NCBI GenBank assembly: GCA_051294375.1 | Contig: JBJCIZ010000927.1 | Span: forward strand, 1-54,932 | DNA length: 54,932 nt | Direction of reading: 5' to 3' | Origin: Paraspadella gotoi | Taxonomy: Eukaryota; Animalia; Chaetognatha | Shown here: one piece after another, positions 1 to 12,357 of the stretch | How the letters are laid out: every line of letters starts with the position of its first letter | Numbering within the stretch: the first letter of the stretch is position 1 | Made by a program: the position numbers and the translations under genes | The notes under the pieces: model-generated | What the model saw: the letters and a program-made list of their open reading frames with translations, nothing else | What the model was told of the DNA's origin: nothing | Databases searched by the model: none

Positions 1-278
1 CGGCGTTAGACGCCGAAACGCCGGCTACATTGTCGTCTCATGGCATCACGTGGCGCCATCCTCCAAAGCGGCGCCGTTTGAGACAGCCTTCGACCGCTCA
101 GCTGCAAGGGCGCCGGGCCTTTTTGGTATTTTTGCTCGGACTCTCGCCTTTCAAATGCTTCAGCAGCAACGCCCAAATCATCGTGTTTTGACTTTGAGCG
201 TCAACTTTGTGATCTTCATGTGGACGTCTTTGCGTTGCATGACACCATGGATCCAAAAAAGTTGAAGAAGCGTCCCCA

Positions 279-490
279 NNNNNNNNNNNNNNNNNNNNNN
301 NNNNNNNNNNNNNNNNNNNNNNNNNNNNNNNNNNNNNNNNNNNNNNNNNNNNNNNNNNNNNNNNNNNNNNNNNNNNNNNNNNNNNNNNNNNNNNNNNNNN
401 NNNNNNNNNNNNNNNNNNNNNNNNNNNNNNNNNNNNNNNNNNNNNNNNNNNNNNNNNNNNNNNNNNNNNNNNNNNNNNNNNNNNNNNNNN
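279..490. other. Assembly gap (further N runs at 1018-1041 and ~10878-10976)
   Basis: Runs of n in the sequence. Confidence 0.99.
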
Positions 491-1041
491 AGTTCCTGAG
501 CGGCCTAGCGGACTTCGTTCTGGCGGTCGTAATGACGGATCTTCTCGTGAAAAGGATGCCATGTTTTTTCAGATAAGTGGGCATAAAAATTGGTTTTCCT
601 TAAACAGTATCACTATTTGAATGAAAATTTATCATTCTGTGATACTCTGTTTTTTCTTTGTATAAACCATGAAGTTCTCGACTTCAGGCTATCGGCGACA
701 TCAAGGATGCCTGCGGCGTCAACAGCGACAATGGTTAACGTCTCGCCTGAGCAGCCGCCGTCCTCAATAAATCCGGGCCAGAATTCGAACTTTATTTGCC
801 CAAGTTACGAGGATCGACATATTTCGACGATTGGAGCCCGCCGATCGCCGCTAATACTTCACCTCGTCTTTTCCGTTGCTTCAACTGTTGGGAAGCGGTC
901 TTCGTTTCGACAAACGCCCTTCGAAGTTGCGTCGTTTCTGCAGTTTAAAATTTTCATCCTTTCCTTCATGTCGACGTGTCGACCACCGCCAGAAGAATGG
1001 ATGCTGAAAAAACGACGNNNNNNNNNNNNNNNNNNNNNNNN

Positions 1042-2153
1042 NGAGAGAGAGGATAAGAAGGAGAATGAAGGGGAAAGAAAGGGGAAGAGGTAAATATTAA
1101 ATGATTAAAATTTAAATTTAAATAATAAGAGTAGGAAGTGGGAAAAGGGAAAGAGAGGGAAATCAAGAGAGATAGAAAAGAAAAAAAAAAAAAATTCTTT
1201 AAAAGCCCAAAAAGAGGAGCGTTCTACAATTTGAAATTAAGGAAAAAAAATCTTGAAATTTTGACGAAAACCAAATTTTTGAAAGCTTTTAAAAAAAAAT
1301 TCAAAATTTCGAAGAGAGTAGGGAAGAAAAGAAAAAAATTTATTTTTATAAAATTAGAACGCAAAAAAAAAAAAAGAAAAAAAAAAGATAGGGGGAAAAG
1401 GAAGAGAAGAATAAGAAATATAAATATTAAAGAGAAAGAACAAAAAGGAATTTATAGAGCCAAGGAAAAAAGAGAGAGAAAAGTGAAAAGAGATAGAAAA
1501 GGAAACAATAAGATGAGATGAGTAAGGGAGAATAGACAATAGAAAAGAAAAAAGGAAAGAAAGAGAATAGCAAAAAGAAGAAATAGAAAGTCGAATTATT
1601 TAGAAAGAAATTAAAAGAGCAGATGTAGAAAAGGGAAGTAGAACAGCGAAACATAGAAGAAGGAAAATTTTAATTAAAGAAAGGAACAAGGAAAAAAAAA
1701 AAAATAGCAAGGAAAGAGGAAAGAAAAAATAGCAAAAGGGAATAAGATAAATCTAATAGAAAGGGAAAGAGAAGGGTAGAAATAAGAAAATAGAGAGAGT
1801 GACTAGAGAAGAAAGAGAAAAGAACTGAAAATTTTTAAAACCCCGATGTTTGCGAAAACAAAAAAAAATTTTTTTAAAAATAAAATAAAATAAAAACTCA
1901 AAAGCATGAGAGATCGACGTAGGCGAGGGAGAGAGAAGATAGAGAAGAAAGAAGCCAAAGTCGGCTTTTTTCGGACCAATCAGCTGCGGCAGCAGCAGAG
2001 GCGCAGCCAGGTAAAAAAAAAAATAACAGAAAAAAAAAGAGAAAAAAAAAAAAAAAAAAAATAAGAAAAAAAAAGAAAAAAAAAAACAAAAGAAAAAAAA
2101 AAAGAAAAAAAAAAAAGAAAAAGGGAAAAAAAAAACAAAAAAAAAAAAAAACA

Positions 2154-2188
<35 letters not shown>

Positions 2189-3720
2189 AAAAAAACAAGA
2201 AAAAAAAGCAAGAGAAGAGAAAAAATAATTAAATCACAAAAAGTAGGACAGCAAGCATAAGCCAGGCAGTCGGAGGAAAAGAAAAAGGGAAAGAAGACGA
2301 AAGGAAGCGGAAAAAAGAGGGGAGGGAAAACGAGGAGAGGGAAGAGAAAGAGAGAGAGGAAACGGAGGGTGAAGGGGGGAGAATAGAAAGGGGAAGAGGG
2401 GAGGGGAAAGGGAAAAGAAAAAGAAAGGAAGAGAAAAAAAGAAAAAAAAAAAGCACCCCCCTGCAGAGCCAGCGCCAGACTTGTTTGTTTTTTCCGTATG
2501 AAATCAGCCTGGGGGGAACGAAAAAGAGAGAGATAGATAGAGCTTCTTATAATTTAAAAAGAAAGAAAAAAAGAAAGAGATGGAAGAGATGGAGAAGTGA
2601 GGGGAGACAGAGAGAGAAGCGAGACGTTGGGTGTTGAAAATAAAAAATAAAATAAAAAAAAGAAAGAACAGAAATCAAAAAAAAAAAATCCCCCTGCAGA
2701 GCAGGCTGCAGACTCGTTTTTTGTTTTTTTTCCGTAGAAAATAATGAATCAAGTAGTTTTTGACTGGGGAAAGAAAAAGAAGGAGAAAAAAAAAAAATGA
2801 AAAACAGGAAAGAAAAATAAGAAAAGAAGAAACAAAAAAAGAAAAATAAAAGGGGGAAAAAAAACAAAAAATAACGAGAAGAGAGAGGAGAGCAACATTT
2901 ATAATTTTTTAATTTAAAGAGGGAGAAAAAAAATAAGACTAGAGAGAGTTTAAAAAAAATAGGTGTTTTATTTTAACCATTTTAGGCTTTTTTTTTTGGT
3001 GCGGCTGTATCTTCGGTTAAGGGGTTATCCAAATTTTTTAAAAAAAAAAAAAAAAAAATTATAATTTGTATAATCAGTAGTAACATTTTCTGACCAATAG
3101 TTTTGGCATAAATTTTTTTTTTTTTATAAAATATAATTAATTTAAAAAATTATTTATCAAAAAAAAATTATATTTGTTAGTAATATTATTTAAAAAAATA
3201 AACTATTTACGTTAATTAATAACAAATAATATAATTTGAGATCTACAGGAATAAAATTGCCTATCAAATCAAACTGCATTAATTTCTATAATATAAAAAG
3301 TTTTGAAACTTAAATAAATAAATAAAAAAAAAATAAAATAATAAGCTAATTATTTTATATAATTTAGTAAACCTATGCAAAAAAAAATAAAAAATTAATA
3401 AATATTTTTTTTTTTCATTCATGTGTTCTAACACTTTACCCTTTATAGAAAACAAGTTTAAATGGTTAGTATTTAAAATTTTTACTTGAGAAAGAAAAAA
3501 AAAAAAAGGAGAAAATTGAAAAAAAAAAAAAAAGAAGAAAGAGAAAAAAAAAGGTGGAAGAAACAGGAAAAAAAAAAAGAAGAGAAAGAAGAAAAAAAAA
3601 AAAAATTAATCGTTCCTAAGTATTTTGAGTCACAGTATTGCACAATTAAAATTTAAAAAAAAATTTTTTACAAAAAAATTGATGCTCCTCAAAACAAAAA
3701 CTTCAAAAATTTTTTTTTTT
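1042..3720. repeat. A/G-rich low-complexity sequence, probably low-quality consensus
   Basis: Long poly-A and AG tracts; ORFs are poly-K/poly-F artefacts; a short motif (cccctgcagagc...ttttccgta) recurs at ~2457 and ~2691. Confidence 0.85.
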
Positions 3721-3957
3721 TTGAAATATAGAATGGGGAATTATAAAATAGACCATTACGATGTTGCCAGTCCCACACAATGCATATCAAAAGTGTAATT
3801 CCTTTCATTATTTATAGAAGAAAGATTATAGCCTTTCCCTGGACCTTTTTGGAGAAGGGAAAGCCAAGACCCGGGGTACCTGTTTATGCAATTTTTCCCG
3901 CGGGCCGGGAAAAAGTTTTTTATTTGGTTTACAGAGGCCTGCGGCGTCCGAAAGGGG

Positions 3958-4011
<54 letters not shown>

Positions 4012-7000
4012 CCGGAGGAATTCGTTTTTTTGTTTGTCCCAAATTTGCTTAGTTTTCGCTTCGACCGAGATTCCCCTATAGGGGTTGTACCTAACCAGAA
4101 ATTCTGATTAAATTATTTTTTAGATTTGAACTTTTTGATTATTTATTTTTACTGTTTAAGACTATGTTTTCTTCAGATACTGTTTTGTTTTGGTTAGTAT
4201 ATTATTTTAAGAATTTATTTTATTAATTTTAGTGCCTGGAAGAAGGGTTTTTATTAAAAGTTAAAATTATTTATTTATTTTCGGTTTTTGTAAGTGCAGT
4301 CCCTACTCAAAATTTTTTCTTCAGATTTTGACGGTAAAAATTGAATTTTCGAATGGTTCTGATTTGATTAATTTTTTATGTACGAATTTCACCTTTTACA
4401 GTAAGATCAAATTGGGATTTTGGCGTACAGTTGTAACCGTTTATACCGAATTTGTTCGTATTTTCGTTTTTTATCGTACGTCAAACGCAGACCTGTCATT
4501 TTCGAAGCTAACGCGACGTTTGTAGATTTTTTCGGAAAAAAGAAAAAATATTTGTACAGTGCCTCACTTTTAATGGGTTTTGATTTTGACGCCGTCTTTT
4601 TTACGACGTTGTAATCTTTTTTCTCCCTTTTTTCCTAATTTTAGAAAAAAAAATTTACAAAGTTTCAAAATGCAGGCCACTAAACGTGGCTCCGACGACG
4701 AAGAGCAGGTTTCGAGTCGGCGGACGTTTCGGAATTGCAGGCAGGCGACAAGAGTGTAGAGAGCCAGGAAGGGATCTGCGGGTTCGGCAAAATGGCTGAT
4801 GTGCAGATTCCCGAGGCCGCTGCGGTACCTGCGGCGGCTGTTAAGTCCGGATATGCCGAGGTGAGGCGAGATTGCAGGAAGGACAAAGGGGAAGGCGGTT
4901 TTGCGCTGGCGCCTGGCGGAGTGGGAGGCGTTGGGGGGCCGTCAAGCCCTAGTGACGGCCGTTGATTTGAGTAGATTGCCGAGGCGTTGAGAGAGCTTCG
5001 TTGACGCCTTAGTCCGAATCCCATCGCCGGATGGTATAGGTCGCGTCCGGGTCGACAGTTTGAGAGAGGCTCGGCGTTGAGTTCCATCGTGGCCGTCGTG
5101 CTCTCTCTCTATTTTATGGGCAGCCTTAGGGTTCCGGGTCTGGCGGGGAAGTCTTGAGTACTGTTTTTTATTTTTTATTTAGGTGTATTGGGGACGGGTT
5201 TCGTATAACCAGCCCTATCGCTCTTATGGAGATATGGGGGCTAAAATCTTATTAAGGCACATAGAATCATTGTTTTGAGGTTTGGGGGTGTAAGGAAGCT
5301 CCTCCCCTGTTGAAACCACTGAGCTATTTTAAATATGGGTGTTAAATGTTCGTAATTTACTTACCGGTTTTCTATGGTTACACTTATGAGGCTACGATAA
5401 GTGGGTAATATTATGCGCATTGTGTCAAACTTTTATTGCATCCGAACAATTATTTTAAATGTGCTTATGATAAGGTAAATAGTCGTTAAAAAGTGTTAGC
5501 CTGATTGGATTATAATTACCTAGGCTGGAGTAATAATCCACACTTCTCCATCAATTGTAAATACGTTTAATTGTTTTTTTCGTTTCTTTTTTTTTTGTGC
5601 GCTGTGTTTTGTAGTTTAATGGACATCAACGCGATCCCGGTATTGATTCGCAGTAGGGGTCAGTAGGTTTCCTCTTGGTAAATTTCATTGACGGCAGTCT
5701 CAGTAAAACGTTTTTCAATGGAGAAACGTGGATTCGTTGGTGTCTGCGTCGTCGTTTATGTACGTGCAGAATAGAGTTTTCTTGGTTTAATAATTTGGTT
5801 TGTTTTTTGTGTCGCGCCCTGGTCTCTATCTGGCCGACAATTTGTTTGTTGTATATATAAAATGTTGGGGTAGATTCACTTTTTAGCGATGGCCCCATGT
5901 CGAGAGGGAAAAGAATAAAGATTTTTCGTTTTTAGAATCGCTTATAGGCGTTTTTTAAAGTAAAAATTATTTAGAGTTTTTTTATAAATATCCGAGCGTT
6001 TTATTTTATGGGTTTAATTTTTAAATGATTAGATATTTCTATTATTAAATTATTCTTTTGGTTTTTATTTAATTAAACTCCTCAGAGAGGCGAGTCATCC
6101 TTTGGCTCTTTTTCGGGAGTATTTCTCTAATGGTTAACAGGCCCCGCGCATGAAGGCTTAGGCTATTTTTTACTTTAAATTCGATGGCGCTCTAAGCCTT
6201 TCTAGAAGGCTTTTTCTTTTCTGTGAGCTGAAAAGCTCGTTCTTTTTTTAATTATTTAACTATTTTTTCATTTATCAATAGTTTATTTATTCTTTTATTT
6301 TCGTTTTTCTGTTTTATTTAAATTCGAATGGAAAATTCGATTCTCCTGTGGCGGGAGTAAAGGGTTGGGATTTCGAAATACGGATTCGATTTCCCGTAAA
6401 ACGCGGCGACAAGCGTTATTTATTAATCAATTTCTTTCAGTCGCGTTCAATAGGCGGATTTCTATTTTTTCTGCACTTTGCAAATCTTTTTTATGGGAGT
6501 GCCCCGTTTCAAACGCTATTTATTTTTTGATCAATTTTTTACTTTATTTTATTGTTTATTTCGAATTTCTGCACCAGTCAGACTTGATCGGATGGGGGCG
6601 CCTTTGTGACGGAGTCTCCCTTGTTTTTGTTACTTTGACGTCCGTCTCGGTAAACAAACGCTGAGAGGGGTGTTTTTTCATGGGCTGGCGGGGGGTCGTG
6701 GAGGCTTGTCCGTGAGCGCGGAAAGTCGGCCCGTACCAGCCTCTCTCGTTCGACCATTCTGAATAAACTTTGGCCTTTTTCAATTCTCATATTATTTTTT
6801 GCCTTTTTCACGTTTTTTGAGAATTTTTAATATTTTTTATTTCGTTATCGTTGCGCTCAGATGAAGATGATACGGCGTGATAACGTTATAATTCATCATA
6901 TTGGATCGCCTCCGTGAATATTGCCGTTATGTTTGACTCATCGATATTTCCTGCGCGGGCATCGGAGCGATCTCGTGACATGTCGATGCTGCCGTAAAGT

Positions 7001-7193
7001 TTACATATCATTGTTTTCGTGTTTATGCTCAGTAAATCCGGATTCAGCGACGCATGAACATGACTTCCGGTTCTAGTGGACGCTCGGATCGTGACGACGG
7101 TTACGGGTTGAGGCTATGATTTCGAAAGTGATTGTTGATACGTGCTGGGGCTTGCATGCGGCGGGGCATTTCTGAAAATAATTAAATGATACT

Positions 7194-7615
7194 TAAAGGG
7201 CACTTTTTGGCATAAGTAAAGTTTATTTATCATTTGATAATTACGAGCGACGATAATAACAATTACAACGTTTATATTGCATCGATCGGACCTGATCGAA
7301 AGCAGTGAAATTTTACAGACGCTTGATCCGTTTGTTTGTTTAGATGATAAATACGTTTATCAAGTTCGATACAATCAATGTTAAAATACATGTCGAACGA
7401 AAGGTACAATTAGTAGTTCAAAACTGTAATGATCGTAATTGTACATAGTGAATAATAAAGTAAATACAAAAACATTGTAAATTCAAAGAATGCAATATCT
7501 TCTGTTTGTGCTAATTCTTTATGCTTTGTGATTTGTCGTTTTCGTCGGTTGACCAATGAGCGTTGAGGACGGACTTTTTTGCCGTGTCGTTGATCCAAAA
7601 CGGACGACGTCTTCA
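7194..7615 (-). repeat. 3' LTR of Gypsy copy 1
   Basis: Starts taaagggcactttttggcataagtaaagttt like 26996 and ~32044; ends cttca (TGAAG on minus). Confidence 0.85.
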
Positions 7616-8906
7616 AGGTGGCGCCCAAGACGACGTCCCGATACGAGACGGAGGATTGATCTGAATATCGGAGAGGAGGACGACGATCCCTCGTCGGCCT
7701 CGAGTTGGTTGAAGACGTTGTCGGGACCCCGGGATCCGCTACGGCAGGCTGCGTTGCTTCTTCATCGACCACGGGCTGTGTGGCATCATTGTCCGCGACC
7801 GGAAGATGGCGAGTAGGCGGCCGGCCGCGTCTCGGAGGCACCGCAGGAATGGTCGGGGCGCCGTCCACGTCGTCGACGAAAGGTTTGAGACGGTCGACTG
7901 AGACGTCATCTAAGCGGCCCGCGAAATCGAGGCGAAAGAACTTGGAGCCGCGAGAGACGATCTCGAAAGGGCCGTCGTAAATCTGCGCCAAAGGACCGCG
8001 ATGGGCGTCGCGGCGGACAAGCGCGAAACGGCAGTTTTGGAGGCCGTCCGGGATTCTCTGGGGATGATCGGCGTGGCGAGTCCCGTCGACCGGTCGTAGT
8101 GCGTCCATTTCGCGCCGCAGGGTCTGCAGCAGCGCATCGGGATCGGGCGGCAGCGCGCCGTCTGGAACAAATTCGGCAGGGAGTGCCAAATCTTCCCCGT
8201 AGACCAACTCTGCTGAAGAAGCTTTGAGGTCGGCTTTATGAGACGAGCGGAGGCCCAGGAGGACCCACGGGAGCTTGTCGACCCAGTCCGCGCCGGATAG
8301 CTTGGCGCGGAGCGACGCTTTGAGGTCCCGGTGAAACCTCTCCACCATTCCGTTGGCTTGTGGGTGATACGACGTCGTGTGATGCAAATTGGCGCCGAGA
8401 GACGCCGCCAGTTGACGCCACAGTTCTGAAATGAACTGGGCGCCTCGATCAGACGTTATATGTAGTGGAACGCCGAAACGCGCGATCCATCCAATGGAGA
8501 AAGCTTGTACAATTGTCGTCGTCTTTATGTCGGGCAAAGGCAGGGCCTCAGGCCAACGGGTGAAGCGGTCCACCACGGTGAGGAGATAGGTGGCGCCGCG
8601 AGAGACGGGCAGCGGCCCAACGAGATCCACATGGACATGCTGGAATCTTCTGGTAGGCGGGGTGAAGCTCTCGAGCGGCGCCGAGGCGTGGAGGCGGACT
8701 CTCGACCTTTGGCATTGGGCACAGGCACGTGCCCAAGCGGCGACGTCTTTCGTGACGCCGGGCCAGACGAATCTTTTAGAGACGAGTGCTTTCGACGTCT
8801 TGATTCCCGGATGAGATAAGTTGTGGACGGCGTCGAAAACGTCTCGGCGCCATTGACGAGGCACCACCGGACGGGCGACGCCGGTCGCAACATTGCAAAT
8901 AACCAC
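7410..8906 (-). CDS. Gypsy Pol integrase (HHCC zinc finger, DDE core, GPY/F), reading through into the LTR
   Basis: HNLSHPG...CAQC; HVDLVGP; DRFTRWPEA; SDRGAQF; YHPQANGMVERFHR; YDGPF. Confidence 0.93.
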   Translation of the reverse strand: MVICNVATGVARPVVPRQWRRDVFDAVHNLSHPGIKTSKALVSKRFVWPGVTKDVAAWARACAQCQRSRVRLHASAPLESFTPPTRRFQHVHVDLVGPLPVSRGATYLLTVVDRFTRWPEALPLPDIKTTTIVQAFSIGWIARFGVPLHITSDRGAQFISELWRQLAASLGANLHHTTSYHPQANGMVERFHRDLKASLRAKLSGADWVDKLPWVLLGLRSSHKADLKASSAELVYGEDLALPAEFVPDGALPPDPDALLQTLRREMDALRPVDGTRHADHPQRIPDGLQNCRFALVRRDAHRGPLAQIYDGPFEIVSRGSKFFRLDFAGRLDDVSVDRLKPFVDDVDGAPTIPAVPPRRGRPPTRHLPVADNDATQPVVDEEATQPAVADPGVPTTSSTNSRPTRDRRPPLRYSDQSSVSYRDVVLGATLKTSSVLDQRHGKKVRPQRSLVNRRKRQITKHKELAQTEDIAFFEFTMFLYLLYYSLCTITIITVLNY

Positions 8907-11900
8907 GATGCCGTCGAGAGAAGCTTTCCTTTAGACCTGACCGCCGTCCTTCCGCGCATTGAGGGAGGCGCTGACATCCGGATCTGTCTTCTGTCGTTGG
9001 CGACGGCGAAATCGAGTCGGCCAGAGCCGACCACCACCGCGACACTCCTGGAATGACGACGCGGGAAAGCGCGTCGGCGACGACTTGACTTGCCCGAGAT
9101 GTGGCGGAAGTCCGTCGTATCAGAGATGGCGGCGAGTTGATTCGCCTGTCGGGCAGACTTGCTGTCGGTTTTCTTGCGATGGATGGAACCAACTCACGTG
9201 ACCGTGAAAGCGTGAACGGGCGACCTCGAGAAAATACCGGAAATGGCGGACGCCAAGTGCGCCGCCAAGAGCTCCGGTCGTAAGGAGGATAGCGTTGTTG
9301 CCGTCTTGCAAGGTTGGAGAAAAGGCGAGAGAGACGCCAATGACCGCCGACGTTTTTGTTCCAGAACGCCGCCGATGGCGAGTCGAGGCTCGACGTGAGA
9401 GCGTCGGCGCCCGTCACCGGTGGTATGCGCATGTGGCGCTGCGGCGAGGGCTTCCTTGGCGGCGTCAAAGCGCCGATCCTCTCTGGTGTCCAATCCACAG
9501 TCTTCGGTTGGGGCGGCTTCGGAGCGCCGCGTAAAGAGGCGCCATCTGTCGGCCGCGGAAGGATAACGATGAAAAAATTGAGCATCCCGGGAACCTTTGG
9601 AGGCCTTTGATTGCGGGGCGCGGAAAGCGCGGATAGCCGCTTTCGAAGGCACGGCTCCACCCTTCTGCTCATTATGGCCGAGGAAGTCAAAGGATGGAAC
9701 GCCGAAAAGGCATTTCTCCTTCTTGACGACGAGCCATGTTGGTCAGCTCGAAAAGGCCCGCGCAGATGCCCTTCGTGTTGTTGAGCGTCCTCGACGCGAC
9801 GAGGATGTCTCCAAGTAGACAACACCGCCGGGGAGTCCCCGGCAGACCGAGTCCATAGCGCTGGAAAGCCTGAGCCCGTTCTTTAGCAAAGGCATCCGCA
9901 GTATCATAAGACCCAAAAGGATGATGATGCGTCTTGTGTCTTCAGGCGCCACCGGTATCTGATGATACCCTTTGAGAAGGTTTCTTGCTGAAACGGTCAT
10001 CGCCGCCAAGTCGCGGGAGAAATCATGGAGATGCTTCACCGGGTAACGGTCGTCTGACGTCACGGCGTTCAGACGGCGTAATCGCCGCATGCGCGGAAAC
10101 CGCCGTCGGCTTTAGCACGAGACGTGAAGGGGCGAGCCCATGGGCTTGACGATGGGCGACGAATGCCGAGCCGCTCCATACGGCAAACTCGGCCTTCGCC
10201 GCCGCCAGCTTCTCCGGAGACAGACGCCTGCCCTTGCAGAAACCGGATGACCTTGGGTCGGAATATGATGGACCACGCCATGCGGGCGGACGAGAAAGTG
10301 GGCGTGTCAGTTGGAAATCGTCGAGCAGTTTGATGAAGACATTGTTCACCTCGGGCGTGGACCGCGCTCGTGCGACGGCGTTGGCGCTGCAGCGGATCGT
10401 CGTCGAACGTCGTGGCTCGACGAGCCTTGTGGCCCACGTCGACTAGGAGACCATGGCGTCGAAGGAAATCGGCGCCCAAAATTGCGCGTACCGTCGCGCA
10501 CGACAAAACGGCCAACTAAGTTTGACGTTGAGAGTCGGAGAGTCATGGTCTTACGTCGTTAGGCGGGAATGGAGGAACCATTTGCTGCTCGTAGTGGTGT
10601 CGAGGCCGCCCGGTTGGCCTTATCCCAGGCGGAGGCTGGCAGAAGACTGACTTCGGCGCCTGTGTCGACGAGGAACTCGATTTATAATTCCCCGGACCAG
10701 TGAGCGCAGAGATGTCCGATCTATTCCTCATTGCCGGCCGGCTTGGGCGTTTCCCGGCCTGTTCCTCTTCTTCTTGTCGCCGGCCTTGTGAGTGCACGGC
10801 GCTTTGCAGCGTCGAGCCCCTTCACCGAACTTGCGGTGATACCAGCACATGTCCATGCCGGCTGCGGAGGCCGCGANNNNNNNNNNNNNNNNNNNNNNNN
10901 NNNNNNNNNNNNNNNNNNNNNNNNNNNNNNNNNNNNNNNNNNNNNNNNNNNNNNNNNNNNNNNNNNNNNNNNNNNNCGGCTCTTCCTCCTCGTCGACGGC
11001 TTCATCTTGACGTCCGGATAGCCGCCGCCGGCATCGTCACCTTGACGACGCCTCGAACGGCGGCACTGCATCCGTTTTGACGTCTTTTCTTTTCTGGATC
11101 AGCTTGGATGCGTCTTCGTGCATGTCGCAAGTTTGTTGTGGCGTATGCAACGAGTTAGTTGTGCATGATTTGTGTGCTGAAACCGATCAGTATTAAAAGT
11201 TTCTAACTCGGAATTTCCTCCCACCTCTTGTTTTACAAGATTAATCAAGTTTGTTTAGTAATTAAACACTGTATAGTATATATATAGAGGAATGTATATA
11301 AATTGATTCATCATTGCCTCAATGGTGGATACAAAATAAACAAAATATTTGTACATTGTATTCAGTCCGTATTCTTTTGTATGTTACTTAGTTTCCCGGC
11401 GCGTTATGTCTTCAACGTCATAATTTTTAATCCTCCGTTGCTAAGCAACCTAACTCTTCTCTCCTCATTTCTCAGAAATGTTTTTCCGTCGTCGTCGTTT
11501 TTGAGTCGTTATTCACGTGAAATAAGTTCGTAGTATCAAGCGTATTTATTTATTTATTTTTTTTTTTTTTTGACTTTCTAATTCTAATTGCTGGGCACCA
11601 AAAGAGATAAACATCTTCTCATTGCTTCTCTCATTTTTACTTCTTTTATAAAGTTAAAAGGTCGAGCTGGTCCACAAACTTTAATAAAAATTTTGATTCG
11701 TTTTGACAACAACTCCACTGTCATCGTCATCGTCGTCTCTCTGAGCCGTAGAAGACCATTTCTTTTCCTCTCATAGGTCCTCTCAACTCATGTTTATGGC
11801 TTACACATCCAAGCCTCGTGAATTTTACATTATTCCAGAGTTTTCCTCTCACTCCAGAATATTTTTGGCTCACATCTTGCTCCTCTTGAATGTGAGTCCT

Positions 11901-12357
11901 CAAACAAAATTTTAGTTTCCACCTGCAAGTTTAATGCACCTTTTCCTAAGGTATCAAACTTTGTCAGCTGCTCCAAGCAGCAAGTTGTAGGAGACCTTCT
12001 CCTAAGCAAACTTTTTCTCGTCTTTCTTCTTCCCTCTAGACGAGCATCGTAAACGAAATATTGGCATTATTAGCAAATTTTAAATGTGAGACCAAGCTAG
12101 ACGAATTTGTGGAAAAAATTGACATCACGAATCTTTCTTTCTTTGTATTAAGACTTAACTTAAAAGCCCAGCAATGTTTATTCGTCAAACACATGAATTT
12201 TTCTCTTTATCCTTACTTTTTACTACAAGTAGATGTGATCAAACCATAGTGACGAGTTTGTGATAATTCGTTGAACCAAACCGTAGTGTCATGAACCATA
12301 ATCCTATACATTTCCGTCTTATTGATCTCCTCAATTCATAGAAAGATTTTTTAGACC

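Larger units (their letters stand above)
7194..11080 (-). mobile_element. Ty3/Gypsy LTR retrotransposon, CsRN1-like clade, copy 1 (5' LTR and gag N-terminus missing)
   Basis: Gag CHCC motif CWYHRKFGEGARRCKAPC (~10790-10850); ILGADFL protease flank; RT CGDYRRLNAVT..DRYP and KGYHQIPVA; integrase; 3' LTR homologous to both LTRs of copy 2. Confidence 0.95.

Noticed and set aside
1-1017. GC-rich, possibly exonic fragments on the minus strand
   Set aside because: Broken by gaps and frameshifts; no product can be supported
1042-4110. Lys-rich and Phe-rich ORFs
   Set aside because: Products of homopolymer and low-complexity sequence
4680-5087. 135-aa Pro-rich minus-strand ORF
   Set aside because: No recognisable domain or exon structure
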